19,496 nt of DNA, taken from NCBI GenBank assembly GCA_963768855.1, contig CAVYJM010000002.1, forward strand, positions 1-19,496, read 5' to 3'. The notes below the pieces were generated by a model. That model did no database searches, had not been told where the DNA came from, and was given only the letters and a program-made list of their open reading frames with translations. A program made the position numbers and the translations under genes. Of the stretch, positions 1-6,696 are shown in pieces. The DNA is from an uncultured Thermoplasmata archaeon. GTDB lineage: Archaea > Thermoplasmatota > Thermoplasmata > RBG-16-68-12. Within the stretch, counting starts at the first letter, position 1. Each line of letters opens with the position of its first letter.

Positions 1-1496
1 CGAAGGGGGCCCTCGACCGGCTCGAAGGGTTCGACAAGAAGTCCCTGAGCCACGGAAAGCGGATCGACTACGGCGTCCTCCGCAACGCGCTCCGCCTCTG
101 GATCTTCCAGAACGAGACCCTCCGGATCTGGGAGTCGCGGCCGAGCGGCGTGGAGGACCTCGGCAACGGGATTTTCCTCCTCTTCATGCGCAACTTCGCG
201 CCCCTGCCCGACCGGATGGTGAGCATCACCGGCCGCCTCGAGCGCGCGCCCCGGTACCTGCGGGAGACGAAGACCCGAATCCGGAAGCCGACTCGTCTGT
301 GGGCCGAGATGGGGCTCGAATCCACGCAGCAGACACCCGGTTTCCTCCAGATCATCGAGGCCACCGGGAAGGAGAGCCTCGCCGCCCCGGACTTCACCCA
401 CCTTCAAGAGGCGGTGGCCAAGGCGAACGAGGCGCTGGCCGACCAGGAACGGTGGATCCGCGGCGAGCTGCTTCCGAAGGCGGAGGGCCGCGTGGGCATC
501 GGGGCTGCGAAGTTCCGGAGGCTCCTCGCCCTCCGTGAACTCGGCCTGACCGTCGACGAGGTCTACGCGCTGGGGAAGCGGTACCTCCGGGAGAGCCGGC
601 GAGAGCTCGAGCGGCTCGCGGGGGCGATCAAGAAAGGCGCCACTGTGCAGCAGGCCAAGGAAGCGGTCAAGGGAGACCATCCCGCGGACTGGAAGGGTGC
701 CCTCGAATACACCGCGAAGGCGATGAACGACGCGAAGGGGTTCATCCTGGAGAACGACCTCGCGACAATCCCCACGAACGAGGTCCTCCGGGTCATCGAG
801 ACGCCCGCCTATCTGAGGCACGTGCTCCCTTATGCGGCGTACAACTCCCCCGGGCATTTTGACCCGGTCCAGGAGGGGCTCTACATGGTCACGCCCTACG
901 AGGACAAGCCCGAGATGCTCAAGGAGAACTCCTACGCGGGCACCCGGAACACCGCGGTCCACGAGGGCTACCCGGGACACCACCTGCAGCTCTCCTGCGC
1001 GAACCTGAATCCGTCCCTCGCCCGGCTCATGTCCTTCGGCGCCGTCGAATCGGTCGAGGGCTGGGCCCACTACTGCGAGTCGATGATGAAGGAGAATGGA
1101 TTCGGGGACGACCCCGCGACGCGGTTCGCGCAGATGCTCGACCAGCTCTGGCGGGCGGCGCGCATCCTGATCGACGTCGACCTGCACTGCGGGCGCATGA
1201 CCTTCGACGAGGCGGTGGACTTCCTCGTGAGCGAGTGCGGCTTCGAGCGCCCGGGGGCGGTCGCCGAGGTGAAGCGGTACTCCTACACCCCCGCCTATCC
1301 GCTCTCCTACCTCACGGGCAAGTACCTGATCCTGCAGTTGCGCAAGGACGTGAAGAAGGGACTGGGCAGGCAGTACTCGGACAAGTTCTTCCACGACACA
1401 TACCTGTACGCGGGATCGATCCCGATGCGGTACATGCGGCAGCTATTCGAGTACAAGGTCCGTGAACTGAGGAAGCTGCGGCAGAAAGGCCTGTAA
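1..1496 (+). CDS. DUF885 family protein (zinc-metallopeptidase-like), 5'-partial
   Basis: The frame is open from position 3 (KGALDRLEGFDKK...) through the listed GTG at 150 to TAA 1494-1496. It has the DUF885 motifs HEGYPGHHLQ, EGWAHY and EVKRY...P..PLSYLTG. Confidence 0.88.
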   Translation, partial: KGALDRLEGFDKKSLSHGKRIDYGVLRNALRLWIFQNETLRIWESRPSGVEDLGNGIFLLFMRNFAPLPDRMVSITGRLERAPRYLRETKTRIRKPTRLWAEMGLESTQQTPGFLQIIEATGKESLAAPDFTHLQEAVAKANEALADQERWIRGELLPKAEGRVGIGAAKFRRLLALRELGLTVDEVYALGKRYLRESRRELERLAGAIKKGATVQQAKEAVKGDHPADWKGALEYTAKAMNDAKGFILENDLATIPTNEVLRVIETPAYLRHVLPYAAYNSPGHFDPVQEGLYMVTPYEDKPEMLKENSYAGTRNTAVHEGYPGHHLQLSCANLNPSLARLMSFGAVESVEGWAHYCESMMKENGFGDDPATRFAQMLDQLWRAARILIDVDLHCGRMTFDEAVDFLVSECGFERPGAVAEVKRYSYTPAYPLSYLTGKYLILQLRKDVKKGLGRQYSDKFFHDTYLYAGSIPMRYMRQLFEYKVRELRKLRQKGL

Positions 1497-1504
1497 AGAG
1501 GAAG

Positions 1505-1525
1505 GGCGGGGCGGCCGGCCCCGCC
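1505..1525. terminator. GC-rich hairpin between convergent genes (possible terminator)
   Basis: GGCGGGG (1505-1511) and CCCCGCC (1519-1525) form an inverted repeat in the 38-bp gap between two convergent stop codons. There is no U-tract. Confidence 0.3.
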
Positions 1526-1534
1526 GGGTGAGGC

Positions 1535-1816
1535 TCAGTCCATCATCGGGCAGTCGCCGTACGTGTAGTTGTGGTCGTACATGTACTGCTGGCAGTACTG
1601 GTAGTTGCCCTGGTACGGACAGCTGCCGCCGCCCATCATGCCGCCGGTCTGGCCGCCCATCATGCCGCCGCCGTTCATCATGCCGCCGTAGCTGCCTCCC
1701 ATGCCACCCTGCGCGCTCGCGTAGGTCGCATGAGGTGCCGCGAGGACCGCTGTCGCCGCGACCGCTACGCCGACGAGGGCCAAGGCCGCCACGGCCACGA
1801 GGATTCCTGTCTTCAT
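1535..1816 (-). CDS. Small exported or membrane-anchored Gly/Met/Tyr/Cys-rich protein (putative metal-binding), 93 aa
   Basis: Signal-peptide-like N-terminus (MKTGILVAVAALALVGVAVAA), three GGMM repeats, C-terminal CPY...YC...CPMM. A strong SD (AGGAGGT, complement of 1824-1830) lies 7 nt upstream of the ATG. Confidence 0.8.
   Translation of the reverse strand: MKTGILVAVAALALVGVAVAATAVLAAPHATYASAQGGMGGSYGGMMNGGGMMGGQTGGMMGGGSCPYQGNYQYCQQYMYDHNYTYGDCPMMD
1628..1670. repeat. 19-bp direct repeat with 24-bp period, encoding the GGMMGG units
   Basis: GCCGCCCATCATGCCGCCG at 1628-1646 and 1652-1670, plus a third partial copy (CATCATGCCGCCG) just after. Confidence 0.75.
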
Positions 1817-1819
1817 TTC

Positions 1820-1898
1820 TGAAACCTCCTGGCACGTGATGGGCTGAAACAGCCCTTGAGAGGTTCGTGAAACGGCCTGAAACCGATTTCAGGAACCT
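1820..1898. promoter_or_regulatory. Operator-like TGAAAC array with palindromes
   Basis: TGAAAC occurs at 1820, 1845, 1868 and 1878. Palindromes: GGGCTG-AAA-CAGCCC (1841-1855) and CCTGAAA-CCGA-TTTCAGG (1876-1893). Confidence 0.55.
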
Positions 1899-1917
1899 GG
1901 AACGACCGCCCCGCAGG

Positions 1918-2532
1918 TCACTTCGCCGGCTGGGAGACGAGCCGCACGAGGTTCGTCATCCCGTGGGCCTCGCGCACCACGAGCCCCTTGGCCTCGAGCT
2001 TGTCCAGGACCCGCGTCACCTTCGCCTTCGAGAAGGTCCCGAGGGCCACGAGGTCGCGCTGGTACATCTGGCCGCCGTGGTCTCGCAGTTCGAGGTACAT
2101 GCGGCGCTCGTCCTCGTCGAGGAGCCTCACAAGCGTGGGCTCGGCAATCGACGAGACGGAGTGCGGGGAAGCTGGTGAGGGTTCGACCGCGGCCGGTCCG
2201 GCCAACCGGGCGACTTCCATCCTCGGTGCCGCGGCGGGCGTGGCGGCGGGCGGGGTCAGCACGGGTGTGGCCGACTCCGGTGCGCGGCGCCGGAGCAAGA
2301 AGATGACCGCGAGCCCGAAGAACCCGGCCGAAAGGAGCAGGACGGTCCATTCGAACGCGCCCGGCCCGGACGTCCCTGCGGGACTCCCGGAGCCCATCAT
2401 TCCGCCGCCTCCGCCCATCACACCGCCCATGGACTGCTGGGTCACGAAGCTCGCGGCGGAGAGCCCCAGCCCGATCACCGCGACGAGCGCGACGATGACG
2501 AGGAGGTAGAGAGTCGTGTCGTCCTCGGCCAT
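1918..2532 (-). CDS. Membrane-anchored winged-helix transcriptional regulator (COG2512/DUF7343-like) with a Met/Gly-rich loop
   Basis: Two hydrophobic helices flank MGGVMGGGGGMMGSG, followed by RRR, a Pro/Ala linker and a C-terminal wHTH (LLDEDERRMY...GGQMYQRDL...FSKAKVTRVLDKLEAKGLVVREAHGMTNLVRL). Confidence 0.85.
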   Translation of the reverse strand: MAEDDTTLYLLVIVALVAVIGLGLSAASFVTQQSMGGVMGGGGGMMGSGSPAGTSGPGAFEWTVLLLSAGFFGLAVIFLLRRRAPESATPVLTPPAATPAAAPRMEVARLAGPAAVEPSPASPHSVSSIAEPTLVRLLDEDERRMYLELRDHGGQMYQRDLVALGTFSKAKVTRVLDKLEAKGLVVREAHGMTNLVRLVSQPAK

Positions 2533-2559
2533 GGCGACCTTCCACGGAGGCTGCCGCGG

Positions 2560-2570
2560 CTTAAGGATTT
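2560..2570 (-). promoter_or_regulatory. BRE/TATA-like promoter of the wHTH regulator
   Basis: Minus strand reads AAATCCTTAAG, about 28 nt upstream of ATG 2532. The same AAA-N3-TT(A/T)A pattern precedes lysS and purP. Confidence 0.55.
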
Positions 2571-2622
2571 AGGTCGTACCCTTTTGACCGTCCCGGCTTT
2601 CGGAGCCGCCCGGTCCTCACGA

Positions 2623-2988
2623 TTAGGGTGGGGGCGGGGGTCCCTGGGGCGGCGCATAGCCCGGGGGAGGTCCGTATACGGGGGGCGGGTAGTACGGCAT
2701 CGACGCGGGGGCGGGTCGCGTGGGCGGGAGGATCAGACCGACCACGAGGAGCACGATGCCCGCGAGCCCGAGGACGCCGCCGAGCGCCTCGATTCCCTGA
2801 TACAGCCACAGCGAACCCATCGCGTCCGCGCAGGCGCTCGGAAACCCGAACGTCGGGTTCGAGGGGAATCCGTTGAGACAATTCCCGAGGTCGCTCGCAG
2901 CCTGGCCAGCCCCCACCGCAGCGATCGCGAACACGACGACGCCGAGGACGAGCAACGTCGCACCCCCGAAGACGACTCCTTTGCGCAA
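2623..2988 (-). CDS. Small two-TM membrane protein with a Pro/Tyr-rich C-terminal tail, about 121 aa
   Basis: This is the real 3' part of the long 2623..5145 ORF. Likely TTG start at 2988 with GGAGG about 8 nt upstream. Two TM helices flank a C...C loop; the tail reads PYYPPPVYGPPPGYAPPQGPPPPP; stop TAA 2623-2625. Confidence 0.7.
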   Translation of the reverse strand: MRKGVVFGGATLLVLGVVVFAIAAVGAGQAASDLGNCLNGFPSNPTFGFPSACADAMGSLWLYQGIEALGGVLGLAGIVLLVVGLILPPTRPAPASMPYYPPPVYGPPPGYAPPQGPPPPP

Positions 2989-3150
2989 GGCCAATCCCTC
3001 CGGGTCTCCGCATGGATGACGGAGGCCTTCTTTGTATCGAACCGAGTGGCTGTATCGGGCGTACGTGGGTCCTCCAGCGAGGCCACGCAACCGCCATGAC
3101 GATAGCTTAATATTGAAGTCGCCGCATCGCGCGCGTCGAAGGGAGAGGGA

Positions 3151-3747
3151 ATGAAGAGCATCGATGCGATCGCGAAGAAGGCCCTCGAATACAAGGAGAA
3201 GGGCCTCTCGGAGAAGGAGATCGCGGACGAGCTGCACCTGTCCACCGAGACGGTCACGTGGCTCGTCACTCGCGGGGTGAAGGGCGGGCAGCCGCCGAAG
3301 GACGTGAAGATCGGGTGGCGCTCCCTCGGGGTCTTCGGGAACCGGATCGGCTTCGTGGGCGCGGCCATGACGGACATCATCCTCGAGGAGCTCGAGAAGC
3401 GATCGATTGATGCGGATGCGGTCGTCGGCATCGCGATCAACGGGATTCCCCTGGCCACCGTCATCAGCGAGGAGCTCGGCAAGGAGCTCGTGATCTATCG
3501 GCCCAGCCAGGAGCGTCACGGCAAGGGCGGAGCCTTCTCCTCGAATTACGCGAGCGTCGAGGGCAAGAAGGTCGTGCTCGTCGACGACGTCATCTCCACG
3601 GGCGAAACGCTCAAGGCGACCCTCGCGGACGTCCACGCAGCCGGGGGCACGCCGGTCCTCGCGGTCGTGCTCGTCAACAAGACCGGCCACGACGATCTGG
3701 ACGGGACCCCGCTCCGCGCCCTGATCCGCGCTCGGGCCATCGCCTAG
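3151..3747 (+). CDS. gfcR: Orotate phosphoribosyltransferase-like transcriptional regulator GfcR (HTH + PRTase fold)
   Basis: N-terminal HTH (KGLSEKEIADELHLSTETVTWL), WRSLG...R segment, PRPP-binding motif VVLVDDVISTGET. A GGAGAGGG purine-rich SD precedes the start. Confidence 0.88.
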   Translation: MKSIDAIAKKALEYKEKGLSEKEIADELHLSTETVTWLVTRGVKGGQPPKDVKIGWRSLGVFGNRIGFVGAAMTDIILEELEKRSIDADAVVGIAINGIPLATVISEELGKELVIYRPSQERHGKGGAFSSNYASVEGKKVVLVDDVISTGETLKATLADVHAAGGTPVLAVVLVNKTGHDDLDGTPLRALIRARAIA

Positions 3748-3754
3748 ATGTTGC

Positions 3755-4021
3755 ATGGGTCGGCTGACCCGATCCCAGGTCCGCGCACGCACGATCGTTC
3801 TGGTCGTCCTGAGCGTCGCGACCCCGATCTTGGTGCTCCTGGGCATGATGTCGGCGGGCGGGAGCGAGTGGTTCTGGCTGCTTCTCTTCTTCATCGACGT
3901 CCCGGGGGCGGTGATCCTGGGGCTTGCTGAATGGATCGACCGCTCCGCTGCCTGTCGTGAGGGGAGACCCCAAACCTTTATGCCGGGTCTCCTCTCCATG
4001 CCCTTGGGTCGATTGCCCTGA
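3755..4021 (+). CDS. Hypothetical small membrane protein (two TM), 88 aa
   Basis: Two hydrophobic segments (IVLVVLSVATPILVLLGMM; WFWLLLFFIDVPGAVILGLA). It starts 7 nt after the gfcR stop, and its TGA overlaps the probable lysS start. Confidence 0.5.
   Translation: MGRLTRSQVRARTIVLVVLSVATPILVLLGMMSAGGSEWFWLLLFFIDVPGAVILGLAEWIDRSAACREGRPQTFMPGLLSMPLGRLP
3959..3996 (+). promoter_or_regulatory. lysS BRE/TATA (AAACCTTTAT, 3972-3981) enclosed in an 11/12-bp inverted repeat
   Basis: GAGGGGAGACCC (3959-3970) and GGGTCTCCTCTC (3985-3996) flank the TATA-like box. Confidence 0.55.
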
Positions 4022-5616
4022 CGCACTGGTACGACGAGCTTTTCCTCGACGCGAAGGCCTACGTCGGGGAGAAGAAGGATCTCGTGATCAACGGTGGGCT
4101 CAGCGTCAGCGGGCTGCAGCACGTCGGCCGCCTCCGTGGCGAGATCACGCTGGCCCAGCTCCTCACGCGCAGCTTCCGCGATGAGGGCCGCAAGGCGACC
4201 CAGAGCCTCGTTCTCTACACGCAGGACGAGTGGAAGTCGAAGGAGGGCCAGCTCTCCCAGTTCGCCGGCGACGAGGGCAAGAAGTACATCGGCCGCCGGC
4301 TCATCGACGTCCCGGACCCGAAGGGTTGTCACAAGAACTGGGTCGAGCACTACTGGGTCGACTTCGGCGGCGTCCTGGACCGGTTCACGCCGGACATCCG
4401 CATCGTGACGACGACGGAGGCGTACCGGAACCCGGAGATGCAGGCCGTTGTGCGAGACCTCGTGTCCCGGCCCGACGCGGTCCGCGCGATCATCAACAAG
4501 TACCGGGAGCGCCACCCGTACCCGGCGGGCTGGCTGCCGTTCGAGGCGTTCTGCGAGCACTGTGGCAAGATCGGCGCGAAGACCGTCGCGCTGAACGGGA
4601 ACGTGGCGGAGTACGACTGCCCGAAGTGCGGGAACCGCGGCACGTCCCCCCTGGAGAAGGGCAAGCTCAACTGGCGCCTGGAGTGGGCCGCCCTCTGGAA
4701 GGTCTACAAGGTGGACATCGAGCCGTTCGGGAAGGACCATGCGACGCCCGGCGGCTCCCGCGACTCCTGTAAGGAGGTCTGCGAGACGCTGCTGAAGACG
4801 CGCGCCCCGATGGGCATCCCGTACGAGTGGGTGGGGCAGGCGGACCGCGGCAAGGAGTTGGGCGACATGGGTTCGTCCGACTTCGTCGGCTTCACCCCGC
4901 GTGCGTGGCTTGAGATCGGCGATCCGGAGGTCCTCCGGTACGTCTATGCGTTCAACCCGATCCAGCGCCGGATTGTCTTGGACCTGTCTCGCGTCGACGG
5001 CATGCACGACACGTACGACCGGGCGGAACAGCTCCGGTTCGCGGATGAGCGCGAGGGCGACGAGGACGACCAGGCGCGGTCCTACGAACTGGCGCAGCTC
5101 GCCCCGATTCCCAAGGAGGAGCCCTTCCAGCTTTCCTACCGCCACGCGTCCTTCCTGGCCCAGATCAGCCCCGAGGATGGCCGCCTTGAGTGGTGTCTCC
5201 GGCGGATGCGGGACACCGGACTTCTGGACGTCGAGCTGAGCGAGTGGGAGACGGCCCGGGTCGCCCGACGCCTCGAGCAGTCGCGCGCATGGGTCGAGAA
5301 GTACGTGCCCGAGAACAAGGTCGCCCTCCTCGAGTCCCTGACCCCTGCGGTGGAGGCGGCGCTCGAGGACCGCGACCGCGCCGCCCTGAGGGCGTACCTC
5401 GAGCGTGCGACGAAGGCCGAGTGGACGGAGGAGGCGATCAAGGAGTCCATGGTTTCCCTGACGAAGGTCGGCAAGCTGCCCGTGGACACGAGCCGCTTCT
5501 TCCGCGACTTGTACCTCGTCCTCCTGGGCCAGGAGCGCGGCCCGCGTGCGGCTCCGTTCCTCGCGGTGCTCGAAAAGGACTGGGTCTTGAACCGTCTGCG
5601 CGAGAGCGTTCAGTAG
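4018..5616 (+). CDS. lysS: Lysine--tRNA ligase, class I
   Basis: HWYDEL N-terminus, HIGH-like SGLQHVGR, Zn knuckles CEHCG/CPKCG, KLNWRLEW, EPFGKDHATPGGS, C-terminal GQERGPRAAPFL. The conserved N-terminus lies upstream of the listed GTG 4084; the probable start is CTG 4018. Confidence 0.96.
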   Translation: MTHWYDELFLDAKAYVGEKKDLVINGGLSVSGLQHVGRLRGEITLAQLLTRSFRDEGRKATQSLVLYTQDEWKSKEGQLSQFAGDEGKKYIGRRLIDVPDPKGCHKNWVEHYWVDFGGVLDRFTPDIRIVTTTEAYRNPEMQAVVRDLVSRPDAVRAIINKYRERHPYPAGWLPFEAFCEHCGKIGAKTVALNGNVAEYDCPKCGNRGTSPLEKGKLNWRLEWAALWKVYKVDIEPFGKDHATPGGSRDSCKEVCETLLKTRAPMGIPYEWVGQADRGKELGDMGSSDFVGFTPRAWLEIGDPEVLRYVYAFNPIQRRIVLDLSRVDGMHDTYDRAEQLRFADEREGDEDDQARSYELAQLAPIPKEEPFQLSYRHASFLAQISPEDGRLEWCLRRMRDTGLLDVELSEWETARVARRLEQSRAWVEKYVPENKVALLESLTPAVEAALEDRDRAALRAYLERATKAEWTEEAIKESMVSLTKVGKLPVDTSRFFRDLYLVLLGQERGPRAAPFLAVLEKDWVLNRLRESVQ

Positions 5617-5656
5617 GAAAAGTCAAAATACGACCTCCCTGTTGAATCAAATTTGC

Positions 5657-5755
5657 AGCCCCGTGGTCTAGCGGCCAATGATTCGAGGCTCTGGATCGGA
5701 CCCTTGCGGGTCCGAGGGGAGACCTCGCGACGGCAGTTCGAATCTGCCCGGGGCT
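5657..5755 (+). tRNA. tRNA-Gln(CTG) with a 27-nt intron at 37/38 (5695-5721)
   Basis: A1:U72 acceptor start AGCCCCG; anticodon stem CGAGG/CCTCG; loop CT-CTG-G|intron|A; T-arm GGCAG-TTCGAAT-CTGCC. The BHB motif is bulge GG|A, helix CUCU/GGGG, bulge AG|A, with an 8-bp intron stem TCGGACCC/GGGTCCGA. CCA is not encoded. Confidence 0.93.
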
Positions 5756-5760
5756 ATCCG

Positions 5761-5768
5761 CCTTTTTC
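5761..5768 (+). terminator. Oligo-T tract downstream of the tRNA
   Basis: CCTTTTTC lies 6 nt after the tRNA 3' end, as expected for an archaeal terminator. Confidence 0.45.
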
Positions 5769-5772
5769 GGGT

Positions 5773-6696
5773 TCAGTCCACGAGCCGGATGGCCCGCGGA
5801 AGGATCTCGAACCGTTGCGCATGCCGCCCGACGTACTCGCCGTCCAGGTCGATCATCTCCTCCCCGGTGTGCGTCACGAGTTGCTTGGCGCGGAACCAGG
5901 TGATGTACGGCAGATCGAGGTGCTTGCCCTCGCGAAGAAGGGAGAGGTTCTTGCGGGTGGTCTTGAAGTCGATGTCGCCGATCAGGACGACGTCGAACCG
6001 TCCGTCCTCGAGGTCCGCCTTCGGAGCGGGCTGGAGGCCGCCGCCGAAGAAGCGGCCGTTCGCCACGACGAGGTCGTTGAGGACCTTCTCCGTCCGCGGC
6101 CCGCCGTCCGCCTCGTAGGCGATGCGAGTGTTCCGATACCTGGGGAGCGTGCGGAGGATCGCGATCAGGAAACTCGTCTTCCCGCCGAGGATCTTGGTCG
6201 TGCGGTTGACCCGGTCCACCACCGCGCCTCCCGAGCCGACTTCCGCGACGTTGATGAAATAGCGGGACCGCGGGGCGCCGGCTTCCGTGTATTGGCAGAG
6301 GCCCGCGTCGATGACCCGGACCCGGTCCTCCTTGAGCCGCTGGACGAGGTCCTCGGGCTTGCGGCTCTCTCCGAGGGTCTTGATGAAATCCGATCCAGTG
6401 CCGAGGGAGAGCACGGCGAGACGGGCCTCGGGGTTCCACGGCCTTCCCGTGCCGTCGAGGAATCCGTTCGTCACCTCGTTCAGGGTCCCGTCGCCGCCGA
6501 CGCTCACCACGGTCGTGGCCCCGTTCGCGAGCGCATCCTGGGTCAGGCGGGTCGCGTGGCCCGGCGCCTTCGTGATGCGGGTCTCGAGGTCGCGGCCCAG
6601 ATGCCTTCGGAAGAACGCCTCGTACCCGCGCCAGTGGCGTCCCGTGCTCCCGTTCCCGGAGACCGGGTTCACGACGAAGACCGTGTCAGCGACCAT
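5773..6696 (-). CDS. Diacylglycerol/lipid kinase family protein (YegS/DagK-like)
   Basis: Motifs VVNPVSGNG, VGGDGTLNEV and LGTGSDF. ATG at 6696 (MVADTVFVVNP) overlaps the end of the upstream gene by 11 nt. Confidence 0.92.
   Translation of the reverse strand: MVADTVFVVNPVSGNGSTGRHWRGYEAFFRRHLGRDLETRITKAPGHATRLTQDALANGATTVVSVGGDGTLNEVTNGFLDGTGRPWNPEARLAVLSLGTGSDFIKTLGESRKPEDLVQRLKEDRVRVIDAGLCQYTEAGAPRSRYFINVAEVGSGGAVVDRVNRTTKILGGKTSFLIAILRTLPRYRNTRIAYEADGGPRTEKVLNDLVVANGRFFGGGLQPAPKADLEDGRFDVVLIGDIDFKTTRKNLSLLREGKHLDLPYITWFRAKQLVTHTGEEMIDLDGEYVGRHAQRFEILPRAIRLVD

Noticed and set aside
1628-1898. Short repeats considered as a CRISPR array
   Set aside because: The repeats are codon-level (GGMM) or only 6 bp, with no constant repeat-spacer period and no cas genes.
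2586-2615. Hairpin GACCG..CGGCT/AGCCG..CGGTC as a terminator
   Set aside because: On the transcribed (minus) strand it is followed by AAAAG rather than a U-tract, so a terminator call is unsupported.
3748-3930. Alternative 60-aa ORF directly after the gfcR stop
   Set aside because: Arg/Gly/Pro-rich off-frame character. The overlapping 3755 frame gives a coherent two-TM protein.
2623-5145. 840-aa minus-strand ORF
   Set aside because: Mostly the antisense shadow of lysS and gfcR, as expected with high GC3. Only 2623-2988 looks like a real gene.
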